DNA from: Octopus sinensis
Taxonomy: Eukaryota
Assembly (NCBI RefSeq): GCF_006345805.1
Contig: NC_043003.1
Location: 27,404,001 to 27,468,000, forward strand
Length of the DNA stretch: 64,000 nucleotides
Direction of reading: 5' to 3'
This document shows, one piece after another, positions 12,796 through 43,310 of the stretch. The position numbers and the translations under genes are program-made. The notes below the pieces were generated by a model that had not been told where the DNA came from, did not search any database, and saw only the letters and a program-made list of their open reading frames with translations. How positions within the stretch are numbered: position 1 is the first letter of the stretch; each line of letters begins with the position of its first letter.

Positions 12796-14321
12796 GGTAC
12801 TATTTAAGAAGAGTGGTCCCGGTGCGCGCACTCGCATACTTGCGCATCCGCGTTAGCTAGTCGTGACTAGTTGATCCTTTGTGTTTTTGTTTTTACTTTG
12901 TTTAAAAAAAAAAATTATTTACTTTGTATAAAAAAAATTGGCATAGTTTCGGTTGTAGTAGCACAGATTTCCGTCGATTTCCGTAAAAAACTTTTATTTT
13001 TTTACATAAGTAATGAGAGCGAAAGAGACTAAGAGGAAGCGATTTTACGACGAGAAGGTTTCACTTTGAAATCGGCTGTGTGCGTTTGATGGGGTGTGGG
13101 AGACAGACAGTATGTTGTGTAAGTGAAGTGCTTCTGTTAGTGTGTGCGAAGAGACAGAGAGAGTAATGTGTGAAAGAGAGAGATAACTGATTTTTTACTC
13201 GGTGTATGTGTATAGTATGTATGCATGTATGTGTGTGTGTGTGTGTATGTATCTATGTATGTGTGTGTGTTTTATGTGGTATGTATGTGTATAGCCCGAT
13301 TCATCGTAATTTTTTACTCGGTGTATGTCTGCATGTATGTGTGTGTGTGTAAGTACGTGTGTGGTGTGTGTATGTATGTATGTATGTATGTATGTATGGC
13401 CGATTCAGTGTTTACATTATTTCGAATTAAAACGAAAGATTACCTTGCGGCCTGTTTATGTAACAGTCTGCTATGTAGAAAATAATGAGGTTGACTCAAT
13501 GGAATAATGACAGTGATCGAAGATATAGACAAAATTTTTTTTTTTAATCGTTATACATGCCTTGTCGACTGCTACTGTGCAGCCTTAATGTCTCTGTTGA
13601 TGTGACGATGGTGAAATGGTAAGAAAAAGATGGGAGAGTTATAAAATGAGGAGATATTCTTCTCATGAGAAAAGAGTTGCATTCAAAGGAAAAAAAAAGT
13701 TAATAGTCTATAGAGGTGCACAGAAACTGGGTGCAAGCATGCATATATGCATGTGTAAACATTGTGTTGTGCAGCAAAAGGAACGAACAGTACAAAATGT
13801 GTAAGGAAAAGTGACAAAATCGATTGGTAATGTTCTGTGTGAAAAGTCTATGCCGGCCATACATACATACATACATACATAAACACACACACATACATAG
13901 ATACATACACACACACACACACATACATGCATACATACATATACACATACACCGAGTAAAAAATCAGTTATCTCTCTCTTTCACACATTACTCTCTCTGT
14001 CTCTTCGCACACACTAACAGAAGCACTTCACTTACACAACATACTGTCTGTCTCCCACACCCCATCAAACGCACACAGGCCGATTTCAAAGTGAAACCTT
14101 CTCGTCGTAAAATCGCTTCCTCTTAGTCTCTTTCGCTCTCATTACTTATGTAAAAAAATAAAAGTTTTTTACGGAAATCGACGGAAATCTGATCTACGAC
14201 ATACGAAACATCGCCAAAAAATTTTGTGTTTTATTTACTTTGCTAAGGAGTCGTTATAGGATCGACTAGCTACGCGGATGTGCGAGTGCGCGCACCGGGA
14301 CCACTCTTCTTAAATCGTACC
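12796..14321. mobile_element. Foldback / Mutator-like non-autonomous DNA transposon, 1526 bp
   Basis: Termini GGTACTATTTAAGAAGAGTGGTCCCGGTGCGCGCACTCGC and its reverse complement. Perfect 9-bp direct repeat GGTTTTCGT at 12787-12795 and 14322-14330. Inner arms of about 314 bp are nearly identical. Confidence 0.85.
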
Positions 14322-14899
14322 GGTTTTCGTTATTAATTTCTTGATTTTTAATCGATTAATATTTTTAAAAATGCAAAGACGGGAAAAAGACAAATCTTAG
14401 CAGCTGGGTGCGGTGATGGTATTTTGTATCAACAGATGTTCATAAGGAAGGAATCTAAAAAATCATGATGTGTGTTTAGGCGGATATGTAAACCAAATCA
14501 AGGCCTGCCGGTGTTATTTCCAAGTTTCGGACTAAATACTTTAGCGGCATTTATTCTTATTGTTTACGTACGGAGTTCAAATGTCAATCAACTTTACTTT
14601 TCATCCTTACACGGACCCAGTCAAGTACTGAACCCATGTAATCGAATAACTCCCTAAAAGAAAAAAAAAAGCACAACCCTCCTCCCAAATTTCTGACCTT
14701 GTGTCAAAATTTCAAGTTATTTCCAGTCGTAAATTGTTTTCCCTTTGACTTTACAGACGAATAAAATACTTTCATTTTATAAGCACGCGTATTATGAGAA
14801 TAACTGCCCCTCAAAGTCTTTCATCTTACGAGAAAGGGAGGATGATAGCTTTTTTTTTCTTTCATTCTTTTTAGCATGCCTGTGTTTCACTGAGCTGTC

Positions 14900-15460
14900 A
14901 CCTCTCCCTCCGTTTTTGCACAAATATATATTTTTTTGTACTCTTTTCTTTTCCCATCTGGTATTTTGAGGGACAGGTGTTGGGGAACCTCTGCCGAGAT
15001 ACCATAAAACTATTTGAGACAGAAACGTTAACTATTTGCTGCACTGATGCAGAAAAAAATCGACAAATTTCGTAAAGATGAGAAGAAAAAAGTACATCTT
15101 TTTTTCTTCTTCTTTTAATTACGTCGCTGTTCTCCATATTCACCGGATGTGGAAATCTGACTAAATACATTTAATTTTTTGCTGCACGTTCCATGACCAT
15201 TTCCTCCTTTTCCTCGAAGAGCGTGGATCATTGTCCTCAGTTTCGGACGGCACGTGTATAGGAGGTGTCTGTTATGTTAGTGTGTGCATAGGTGTGTGTG
15301 TGTGTGTGTATCTCCTGCTCTCTACAATTTAGTCACCTCGAATATCGAAAACGCACAAGCAACGATGGAAAGCCTGAGCTTCATTTTGGTTCGTTGTACT
15401 TTTATTTATGTAATTTATGAATCTTTTTAGTACTAATTAATATTCAGGTATGTGTGTGTG

Positions 15461-15502
<42 letters not shown>

Positions 15503-16800
15503 CACATATTTCTATTGCTATTTGATGGGATGATGTCATCGTAATTTTTTTCCCTTGCATGCAAAATCCAAATCCACAAGGTGTCTCACAAAGCATAATT
15601 CGGTTTAGTCTCACTCTTGAGTTTCTTTTTCTTCCGTAAATACGGCCTTACTGGGATTTATATCGGCAATTAGTGTGCGTGTGTCAAGTATCAAATAGAT
15701 ATTTTTGCTGGTAATATTTTTAGTTTCAGATATTAGTTTAGCAGCCGCTGAAATTTTTTTATGCCTCACTCTAGTCAACTTGTTTTGCGGAGGGGATTAT
15801 TTTTAGTTGTAACCGATTTTTCTGTATCAATTAAGTTTTAATTTTTGGCCGCGAAGGGACGTAATTCAATATTCCTAACGTCCATGCTGAACGTTGTTTT
15901 TGCCTTTTCTTTTCAAGCAAAAGAATATTTTTATTCAACAGAATGTAGGATTTTTGGAGGCGATGTGGGACAGGTCGGAATAAAATAATACAAATTATTG
16001 TGTGAACGTTCATTACCGAATATTTTCGTTCTATAAATATTGCAGCAAAAACACAGCGGAATTTTCATCAAAGTACACCATATAACCGGCTCTAATTTTT
16101 TTTTGCTTCGTTCCACAATTTCTTCGAATTTATATTTGCAACCTACAAAATAACGATTCGGTAGTGGGGAAACCTACAAAATTTCACTAAAAAAAATTCT
16201 CCGTATTCAGTTTTGGTGTCTTTTTCCAAAATTTCAAAGTATATTCGAAGTAAGAAAAATATTACGCGACGTGCGTCAAAGGATCTTTCGTTTTGTGTGT
16301 GTGTGCATATATATATATATATAATGAGAAAGAGAGAGATGGACACATACACACAAGACGAAAGATCTGACTCACATATAGGAAAGCTTATTTCTTTGTG
16401 TGTGTGACGGTGATGGGCATTTTACGTTCAAATTATTAAAAGTGAAAGTAAAAATGAAGCTGATGGCGAGGGTTATCTCTATAATGGCTAATATAGACTT
16501 ATTGCTAGTCTTGCTGGACGGAGATTAAGAGGCGGCGTTGTTATACCATTTTTGTGTGTTTTTCTTATGCAGAACGACAGTATTTTTCATTATTAGTGCC
16601 ATCTTAACACAAGCGCACTGTGCAGTTGCCCGTGGGGAGGAAGACACTAGTTAAGGATGCGTGATGGTAATCTACGTGTTATGTGGATGTGTCCAGTTTA
16701 TAGCTTAGACTGCACATTGTCAAGACAGTCCAGCTCATAATTCATGTGCATTCACACACAATGAAAGAAGCTGACATTTGCCTCAAGCCATACGACTGAA
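14900..16800. promoter_or_regulatory. CpG-enriched region, probable PRMT1 promoter / 5' end
   Basis: Unique sequence with many CpGs relative to the introns, upstream of the first traced PRMT1 exon. Candidate + donors at 15447/8 and 16666/7. TSS not determined. Confidence 0.4.
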
Positions 16801-19800
16801 AAATAGTGTTAAATTTTTGACTTTCGGTTAGGAGAATAATTTTGAAATTTTGAAGAAAAAGTTTTTTTATGAATCCTGCTGCGCTTTCATTTTCTTTTTC
16901 TTTCAAGCGTACAAGTTAAAAAAATTTTTAATGAGGGACTATGTATTTGGAGTACAAAATAATGATGATAATTATAAGATTGTGGCTGGTTATGTAGAGG
17001 GCTTCAATCAGAACAGTGCTACAGTGCCTAAGCAAAATACAGCACAATCAAGCTCTACATAGTCAGCTGGCTTGCTGAAAATAGCTGTTTCATTTCTTTC
17101 AAGTCATACTAAAGTCTTTAAAAAGGTTGGATAGATTAAAGTGGTCCAAGATGTACTATATCTGCCGATAAAAATCAGCACAGTGCTGGGTTTTGTTTCC
17201 AGTCTAGAACACAGTGTCTTCTGTTAAGTGGTATACCCCCAAGATAATGCCTTCATATTCCACTATTTAATCCCTTTTTGATACCAGCTTGCCTGAGACT
17301 GCTTCTGGTTATATGCTACAAGCTTATTGCTTTAAAGTGATTTAAATTGTTTGAAAGAAATGGTACACCACCACTATATAACAACACCAAAGTTCTTTGA
17401 TAAACAGTGATAGTTCATTTTTCAGAGCATTTATTGAAAAGTATTTCCGTTTGCTGTCAAGCTCTAAGCTTTACGTTATTCCTTCTCAAAACTTTAGATC
17501 TATTAGGGGTACTGAAAAGTAATATCATACTTCATTGTTATGACTTGAAATCAACATAAAACATTTCATAAATATCTTTATTCATTCAAAATATAATTGC
17601 CATTATTAGTAATAATGATTTCCCACCTTGAAACCTGTTTTCTGATTCCTCAGGCAAAAATAGGGTTTTAGTTGGCCTCAATCTAGCACTATTTTTGATG
17701 AGCAGATTCACTTTCCAATTTCAAACTGTATCATCCCATCCCACTTATTTACTACTGATCATTCTTTCTGTGCAACCATTGTGGTGGTGGTGGTGGTGGT
17801 GAGGACACAAAGATCACAAGGTTCCTGCTTTTCCTCCCACATAAATAAATTTGAGGTTTCATGCTTATGTGTAAAGACGGTGAAATGAAAATTATTTTTC
17901 TTACTAGATCTGAGTGAACACCGGAGATACATCTGGATATTAAATTCAGCTTTGTTGATTGTATGTGGAGTTGATAACTGCTTCTCCACCTATTCACATT
18001 GCTCACTCCCATTTTTCCTTATCTGTCTTGAAACTTGAGAAGCCAAGTCACCAGAAGTTATTTCATTTGTGCATTATTATAGGGTTCAGGAGAAGAACTG
18101 CTAAAATACTACCTAACTCTTCAATCTTATAAGCATCAAAATCCAGGTATTTTCAGTATCATCTACCCTATATTTGAAAATTATTAAAAAGACAAAAAAG
18201 TAAAAATTTCTGGAGTGTGGATGGAACCAAGTGTGCAGGTTGATAGTAACACAATACTATCTGAAATTATAAAATTTTTCCAAGAACATAATTTAATTCT
18301 TTTAGAGCTACTTCACAGTAGAAACAGAGGTCTTCTTTCTCTCTCTCTCTTCACATATTTATACACTTACACCCTATGAGTCTCTCTTCTTCATCTGTCA
18401 AATGAAAATGTTCACCACTTTCTGAAATCTAGTGACGAATCTCACCACATTCCTACGGTTCTGATTGCTGTGAAGGATGGTTGTGATGCATACAGTGTTA
18501 TTGGTATTTAATAAAAAGCAGACTTATGATGGCTGTCCAGTCATGACCATCCTAGGTTGACGGCTATCTAGAACTATATTATCTATTTTTCATCCCAATT
18601 TTTTTTTGATTAATCATACATTATCTTGTAGCTTCGAAATTTTGATGATGTATATTTTATAATAGCATTGAAGGTTAGGTGTGATAGGCTGGATCTGGCT
18701 GGTTAGACCAGATATGGCCAGTTTATATGTTAAAGGGCTATGGTAATAGTTTGAGATTTGGGTGCTATTTTTAGTTTGAGTTATTACAGAGTGACTCTTT
18801 TGTTCTTTTGCTTCCGGTAGAAGGATTTCTAGATTGCCATCGTCTTTCCTTTGAATCTTTTAATACTGACCCACTTAAGACCACTCCTGGTCCTGTATTC
18901 AAGCTTCCAGTTATAACTCTTTTGTTGAAATACAGCCTGTTTCAGTTAATTTTGAAAATTATGGACTTGGTCAAATATCTTTGTCATTGCTAAGCTTGTG
19001 CCTTTTAAATATGAAATTTTGGTGGCAGTTTTTTTTAAAGTTCATTTAAGTGTAGGAAGCGTGTATCAAAGAACCAGAGATGGTGTCAAAAAAGTTTAAA
19101 GTGATCTAAATTCAAAACTTCACATGAAAATTTTATGTTCTAAACACTAGCTTAAAAATAAAAATGATTTTATTAATTTCTTCATTTCAAAAAATATTAA
19201 AGACTGTTACTTAACAGAAATGTGTTGACTAAAGAGTTAAATATTGTATTTCTGTAATATTGAAACCCCTTCCTATCAAGCTGCATTTTATATTTTTTTC
19301 ATTTGCGTATCTGATGTTCATATTTTTAGTTTCAGCTACATCTCTTAAGCAAGTTCAAATCTTGCCAATGTTGACTTTCAGCTTTTATCCTTCTGGGAGT
19401 TGATTTGAAATCATTGAGAGCTGTGTGGTGACTAAAACAACATTGCAGTCAATCTAAATGTGTTAGGTTTTAGCTACAACCCTTAAAAGTTTGGTTTGAA
19501 GTCACCATATGGTTCCTCTGCCATCACACACAGCAATTACACTGGCATAAAAGCCAGTGTGATGAAATCATTAGTTTTAGGAATGGTGTGTCAAAACGAA
19601 CATTTAAAAGTATTTTATTTCTTATTCAGACCTTATTCTATTTAATTATAATGCAGATGTGACTGCAGTTAAGAAGCTTGGTTCCCAATCATGTGACCTT
19701 GGGTTTAGTTTCAGTGTGTGGTACCTTGGATATTTTCTTATATAGTCCTCAGACTGACCAAAGCCTTGTGAGTGGATTTGGTAGAAGGAAACTGAAAGAG

Positions 19801-21128
19801 GCCTATTGCATATGTCTTTGTGTATACCCTTCCCTTGACATTCCATGATGGTTGTAATTAAGCATCATGGTTTAACATCCATTCTTCATGCTGGCATAGG
19901 CTGGGCAGTTTGACAGGAGCTGGCTAGCCGAAGGGCTACCTGGGCTCCATGTCTGTTTTGGCATGGTTTCTACAGCTGGATGCCCTTTCTAACACCAACC
20001 ACTTAACAGAGCATACTGGGTGCTTTTTATGTGGCCCCAGCACCCATGAGTCCCGGGCTGTGAGGAAGTATTAACTTACTTGGAAACAAATGAGGGTGGT
20101 GACAGGAAGGGTATTTCATCTGAAAGTTTTTCCTCTGTTAATTCTGTTTATCTTGTACAGGCATGGAAAAGTAGACATTAAACAATGAGGGAGTCATTGG
20201 GAAAATACAGTAAGATGATGAACATCCTCCTATAATCTTGCAATCACATGTATCCTGTTCATTTGGTCAGCTGTCGTTCTTAATTGATTATCATAGGTTG
20301 GTTGTTTCTTGTGCAGTGAACTATGTTGGAGACACCACACAACTTCAGTAATGGCATATAAAGTATTAAGCTTTTAGACAATTTGATTGTTATCACTTCA
20401 CACCTCAGCCCTAGTTAGTTTTCTCCTGTTTTATAAATTTTGCCACAAGAGTCTGCCTTTCCATGTGCAAGACTCATCATGATGATCATTGTCTAATGTC
20501 TACTTTTTATGCTTGCATAAAGCAGACAAAATCTGCTGAGGCAGATTTTTTTTTTATGATTGGATACTATTTCTGTTGCTATAGCCCTTTAAACACACAA
20601 TATAATGACTGAATGTGTTTTCTTGCAAGATTGCAAACAAATATGTCAGTACTTGTATGATAGTGATGCCAAGAGGGAAGGAACGATACACACACATGAC
20701 AGGATTTTTTACTGTTGGTCTACCAAATTCACTTGTAAAGTTTTGGTCAATCTAGGGTTATGGAAGTAAACAGTCACTCAAGGCACCACACTATATGAGT
20801 GAACCTGAAACCACAGGCTTGTGAAGCTGTATCTGCCACAAATAAGGGTATTGTTGATCAAATCAACCTTTAGTACATCTTTAGTGTTTTCAATGCTAGT
20901 GTAGGCTACTTGTGAGAGAGCAGTTTGAATGAAAAATATGTAGAATATTTGAGCCGGTTTTGGATTAAATCTACTAAAGATTTGAATTTAAAATGTCACC
21001 TACTAATGTAAGTGATGTTAGTAGTATTGTTGTCACTAATTAATATATTTCTCAGTTCTCTTGCCAATATCAATCAATTAATCATTTTTCTTGCAGCATT
21101 TTCATTAGCACTATTTTTTTAATGTTGA

Positions 21129-38397
<17,269 letters not shown>

Positions 38398-39057
38398 ATG
38401 AACAGCTAAGAGAAAGTGACTGACAAACATAAGACACTGATGATGTCATTGATGCCAGCAATCCACTCCCACCCCTCCTTTCTTCTCTCTGTCTCTCACA
38501 CACCCTCCAATTTCTATCTTTGTGTTGTTCTTCCCAAGGAGGCATGTGTGAGAAATTCCCACATTTAAACAACTTACATTATACATTTGGTGGGATCAAC
38601 CCAAACACGATGAATTCAATACACTTAATAATAATAATAATAATAATATTAATAACAATAACAATAATAACTGTAAACTGATGATGGGGTAGGTGGAATT
38701 TAGCGCCAGCTTCCTATTTCTTTCTGGTGCAAAGATTTTTTCTTTTTTGGATCAATCTGAGGTGGGTCACAAGTTGCACTGATGGTGGCAGCAAGAAAGC
38801 AGAAAAATTGCATCCCAGGCTTTTTATTTTTTATTATTATTGATATTAATCTCTTAATTTAAAAAAAAAATTCTTTGGCTATTTTCTATTCTCTTCAAAG
38901 GAGGGAAAAAAAAATGAATTAAAAAAAAAGTGAAGCCACCATTGCTTTCAGCTTTTTCCACATGTGTTGCCACCAGAGAGAACTATGTTGTCCTTGGCAA
39001 CATTTTTTTTTTTTTTTGGTAAATTCTCTTCAATAATTATAATGACTCTAAAACATT

Positions 39058-39090
39058 TGTGTGTGTGTATGTATATATATGTATATATGT

Positions 39091-39124
<34 letters not shown>

Positions 39125-39155
39125 GTATATATGTATGTATATATATGTATGTATG

Positions 39156-39187
<32 letters not shown>

Positions 39188-39258
39188 ATATGTGTGTGTG
39201 TATGGTTTTATATATATATATATATGTGTATGTATATATATATAATGTGTGTGTGTCT
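39058..39258. repeat. Compound (TG)/(TA)/(TATG) microsatellite
   Basis: Directly visible; source of several spurious ORFs in the track. Confidence 0.95.
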
Positions 39259-39375
39259 TTATGTGAATAATTCATTCATGATCCTTTTCCTTTCTGCTTC
39301 ATACTTTGAGAAATCCACACACACCATGAAAGAAGAGTAAAAGGTTTCTCAAGCTCTTTCCTCCCTCTCATCTGA

Positions 39376-39381
39376 AATAAA
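39376..39381 (+). terminator. Candidate PRMT1 polyadenylation signal AATAAA
   Basis: First AATAAA I found after the stop codon. ATTAAA at 38918-38923 is an alternative. Confidence 0.35.
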
Positions 39382-41348
39382 AAAGTTCAATATTCAACAT
39401 TTAGGCAAGGACTAATTGTCAGCAGGACATTTCCTTATTTTTTTAAAAATATTTTTCTTAACTTTTTTCTTTCTAAAGTTTTGCTGCTGCTATGGTTGTT
39501 TTATACATTAAGGCAAAAAAAAAAAAAATGTTGTCTTGCTGGGAATTATAATAATAATAATGATGGTGATCATATCTGGTTTACTTGTTTCTGCTTTTCA
39601 ACCTTCAGCTACATTTTTTGTGGTTATGAGTAAAAAGAGAAAACAGTGCTGAGCTGCTCCTGAGAATTACAAATCTGCAGGTTCTATCTTCCAACTAATA
39701 TATATGATCTGAATCTACACAACTACAGCATAGATAATAAGGTACATTGTTGTTCACAGCAAGTAATCTGTGAATGACACTATTAAGCAGTTCTTATTCG
39801 AACGTGGCCGATGCCAGCGCCGCCTTGACTGGCTTCTGTGCTGGTGGCACGTAAAAAACACCAATCCAATTGTGGCCGTTGCCAGCCTCACGTAAAAAGC
39901 ACCCACTATACTCACGGAGTGTTTGGCGTTGGGAAGGGCATCCAGCTGTAGAAACACTGCCAGATCAGACTGGTGCAGCCTTCTGGCTTCCCAGATCCCC
40001 GGTTGAACTGTCCAACCCATGTTAGCATGGAGAACGGACGTTAAACGACAATGATATATATATATATATATATATATCCACTTTGCCATGTTTGTATGTG
40101 TCACCTTTTTGAACAGCCAGATGCCTTTTCTGTCATCATCTCACACTTGTTTCCAAACAAAATATTCTACCCATGGCCAGATATATTTTTGTAGAATATT
40201 TGAAATGAATGGTACTGCTTGTATGACACTGACACTCATTTACAACTACCACACAATGTCATACAAGGAGAGGTAAGCATGTATATAGACTTCTTTCAGT
40301 TTCCACCAACCAAATCCACTCGAGGCTTTGGTTAGCGCGGTATTTAGTACTAGAAACTTTATCAAGTTGCCACTGTATGGTTGGTAAGCAAACTTCGTAC
40401 CACACAGCTACACCTGTTCCCTTGGAGTTGTCTAATGCATGTCTTGATCTGAGATCATGTGTTGAAACTTTTTTTTTGACTATAGTGAGGAAGAGTCATT
40501 GTAGCCATTTTGATAACACAAAATTCTTCAAATGGATTTCATGAAGTATCAACATTTTCATTGCATAACTGTAACCTGATTACTACTACAGTTCTATTGC
40601 ATTTGTGTCTGGAATGATGAGATGTATCAAGGGTTTTAATGAGAGTTCTTAAATGGCTTGGATGGCTTTTTGGCAAGGTAGTTTCTAATATATATATATG
40701 AATTAGCTAATATTCATATAAATTTTCTCAAATGCGTCCTGTGGTCATTTTGGTAGTTTGTTGTTAACTGAATTTTGCTAATCATATCTTTATTATATAT
40801 ATATATAATACAAAAATGGGACAAGAACGCAAAGCATCCAGACAGGTGATACAAAAGAGGGACAACAAAACATCCAGAGAGACGATACAAAGAAAACAAG
40901 GACGTGTCATTCAGAGTTTTCTATCCTCGGTCGAGTTCCATATTATCTTTGTAATTTCGACTGGTTATACTCAAGATTGCTCCAATCTGGCCGGCCACAG
41001 GGGAAAACTAAGCTGAGAGCATTAGATTTCTTGGAAGAAAGCATTGAATATATACGAAAACAAGGACGGTAAAAAACAAATGTTACACAAATACAAACAC
41101 AATTAACAGGTGTCTTTCAACTAAGGACAAATTTAGCTGGCATGTGTGGAAGTAAAGCCTTACGGCAGGGTCATTAGGTTTAATAGGCACAGGGAGGAAT
41201 ATAGATGTTGCATGGATGGTAGTCGAACCAAGAAAGTTCAGGCCTGGCCAAACACTGGTCACGTGGAGAGAGAAGATATATATATGTATCTACCTGTGTG
41301 TGTATATATATATATATATACACATAAACATGCATAAATTATATAAAT

Positions 41349-41584
41349 ACAATTAAGTGTACTGAGAAGCAGCACCTACGTGCTAGAAATAGACGTCAAG
41401 AGAATGTAAAACACCACTTCAAATTACACTCTATCAACACAAAGCTGAAAGTAGGCAAATGAATAAACTGGATTTAGGAAGATCCATCTTATTCATTTGC
41501 CAGCTTTCAGCCTGAAGTGGTTTTTTTAGAGTCTTGGCATCTATTTCTAGTGTGTAGGTGCTGTTTCTCAGTACCCTTAATTGT
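41349..41584. repeat. Long imperfect palindrome (MITE-like)
   Basis: Arms of about 95-115 bp (CAATTAAGTGTACTGAGAAGCAGCACCTAC...GCAAATGAATAA and its reverse complement), loop 41467-41488. Confidence 0.85.
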
Positions 41585-43041
41585 AATTATATCTGTATAA
41601 TTATGTTTGCCTATATGGTATTTTACATGCTCTGAGAAGATCATTAATTGATTTTATCCTTAATTATGTTTAACTATTTACCAGGGCATAATATCTAACC
41701 GTTTATATTATTTTTTTCCATTCATAACGATATCCTCCTATCTTGGAGAAAAAAATCTTTACTTTATGTAATGCTTTTGTGTAAGCAAAATAATTCATTT
41801 GAAAATCTGAGTACCTGTCTCATTTTTATATTCGATCACCTGTTTCTCCCGGGCAATTAGTATGTTTGCACTCCACATTCTTGTATTGGTAGTTAAACCT
41901 GCCCAAGTTGACTTTCGACATTGCCATTCACTCTTCCAGGATTAGATCATAGCCACAATTAAATGATCCAAACCAAAAGTAAATGAATTTTCTATATTTG
42001 ATAGACTTCATGTTTCTTATCTTCACCACACAATGACATTTTGAACACAGCACGTGTGTGCCTCTCACTGCGCACCAATCTGGTAAAGTGTCTTATACTG
42101 TTTGCAGCTTGAAATTGAGCAAAGCCTTGAGTGGATTTTGTAGATGAATTCTCAAAAGAAGTCTGTATTGTGTATGTGTGTAATTTTCCATGCTGGCACA
42201 GGTTGCGCAGTTTGATGGGATCTAACAGGTCTGAAGACTGCATTGTGTTCTAATCTTTACTTGGCGTGTGTATGTGTGTTGTAGCAGATATGATTAACAG
42301 AGGCAATGCTATTTCTAGTATTCCCTGAAGATATGTCTGGCCATTAAAAAGTGTTACATAGGTTGGAAGCAGTTATGAGTTGGTGATATGAAAGGCTTCT
42401 GACTATAGAAAATCTCCCTCCATGAATTCTGTCTGACCAATGAAAAGGTGGATGCTAAATGAGAGTATAATATATAAACATGGCCTAATGATTCTAAGAA
42501 ATTTGCTTCATGAGCACATCCTCCTGGGTTTGATTAAATTGCATGGCATCTTAGGCAAATGTCATTTTCTATTGCCTCAGGTGAACCCATAGTGAATGAA
42601 ATTGTGTAGACTCCATATAGAAGTCTGGCAGATGGCTTATACTTGTAATTTAAAAGATAGCAACCATGTTATACCGTTCCTACTTGAAAATTCCATTCAG
42701 GATATGTTTGGAATACACAGCCACTTAAACTTTTAATTGGATGGGGAAAACTGAATCCTCTTCATCAAAATTGATAAAGGTTCATATATGCATACACACC
42801 ACTACTTTTACATATATATTGTGCAGATTTGTAATATATGTGTGTATATGCACATATATTCAACCCTTTAACATTTAAACAGGCCATATCTGGCCGAAAT
42901 ATTCTTCCTGTTTGATGTTTAAACTAGCCAGATCCAATGTCTGACATCTGTCCAATATCTTTCTAACAATATGCAATCACATCATCATAATCTCAAGGCT
43001 ACAAAATGATGCATGATTAATTAAAAACTGTGATTATATTT

Positions 43042-43310
43042 GAAGGCACGTGGCTTAGTGGTTAGTGCATTTGGCTCACGATTGTAAGGTCATGAGCTCA
43101 ATTCCCGTGTTGTGTCCTTGAGCCAGACACTTCCTCCAGTCCACTTAGCTGGCAAAAATGAGTTGTACCTGTATTTCAAAGGGCTGGCCTTGTCACGCTG
43201 AATCTCCCTGAGAACTACGTTACGGGTGCGTGTGTCTGTGGATTGCTCAGTCACTTGCACGTTAATTTCATGAGCAAGCTGTTCCATTGATCGTATCAGC
43301 TGGGACCCTC
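43042..43310 (+). mobile_element. tRNA-head SINE (family 2) inserted into a family A MITE
   Basis: Head GGCTTAGTGGTTAG...AGCTCAATTCCC resembles A/B boxes. Homologous copy at about 34330-34610. MITE halves at 42860-43040 and 43311-43342. Confidence 0.7.

Noticed and set aside
13225-14126. CVC/YIH-rich ORFs in the track (also 2446-2762 and 39048-39340)
   Set aside because: These are translations of (TG)/(TA)/(TATG) microsatellites, with no splice or homology support.
20479-20539. C/D-box snoRNA-like ATGATGA...CTGA
   Set aside because: The C-box match comes from a decayed (CAT)n-tailed RTE end, and there is no convincing terminal stem.
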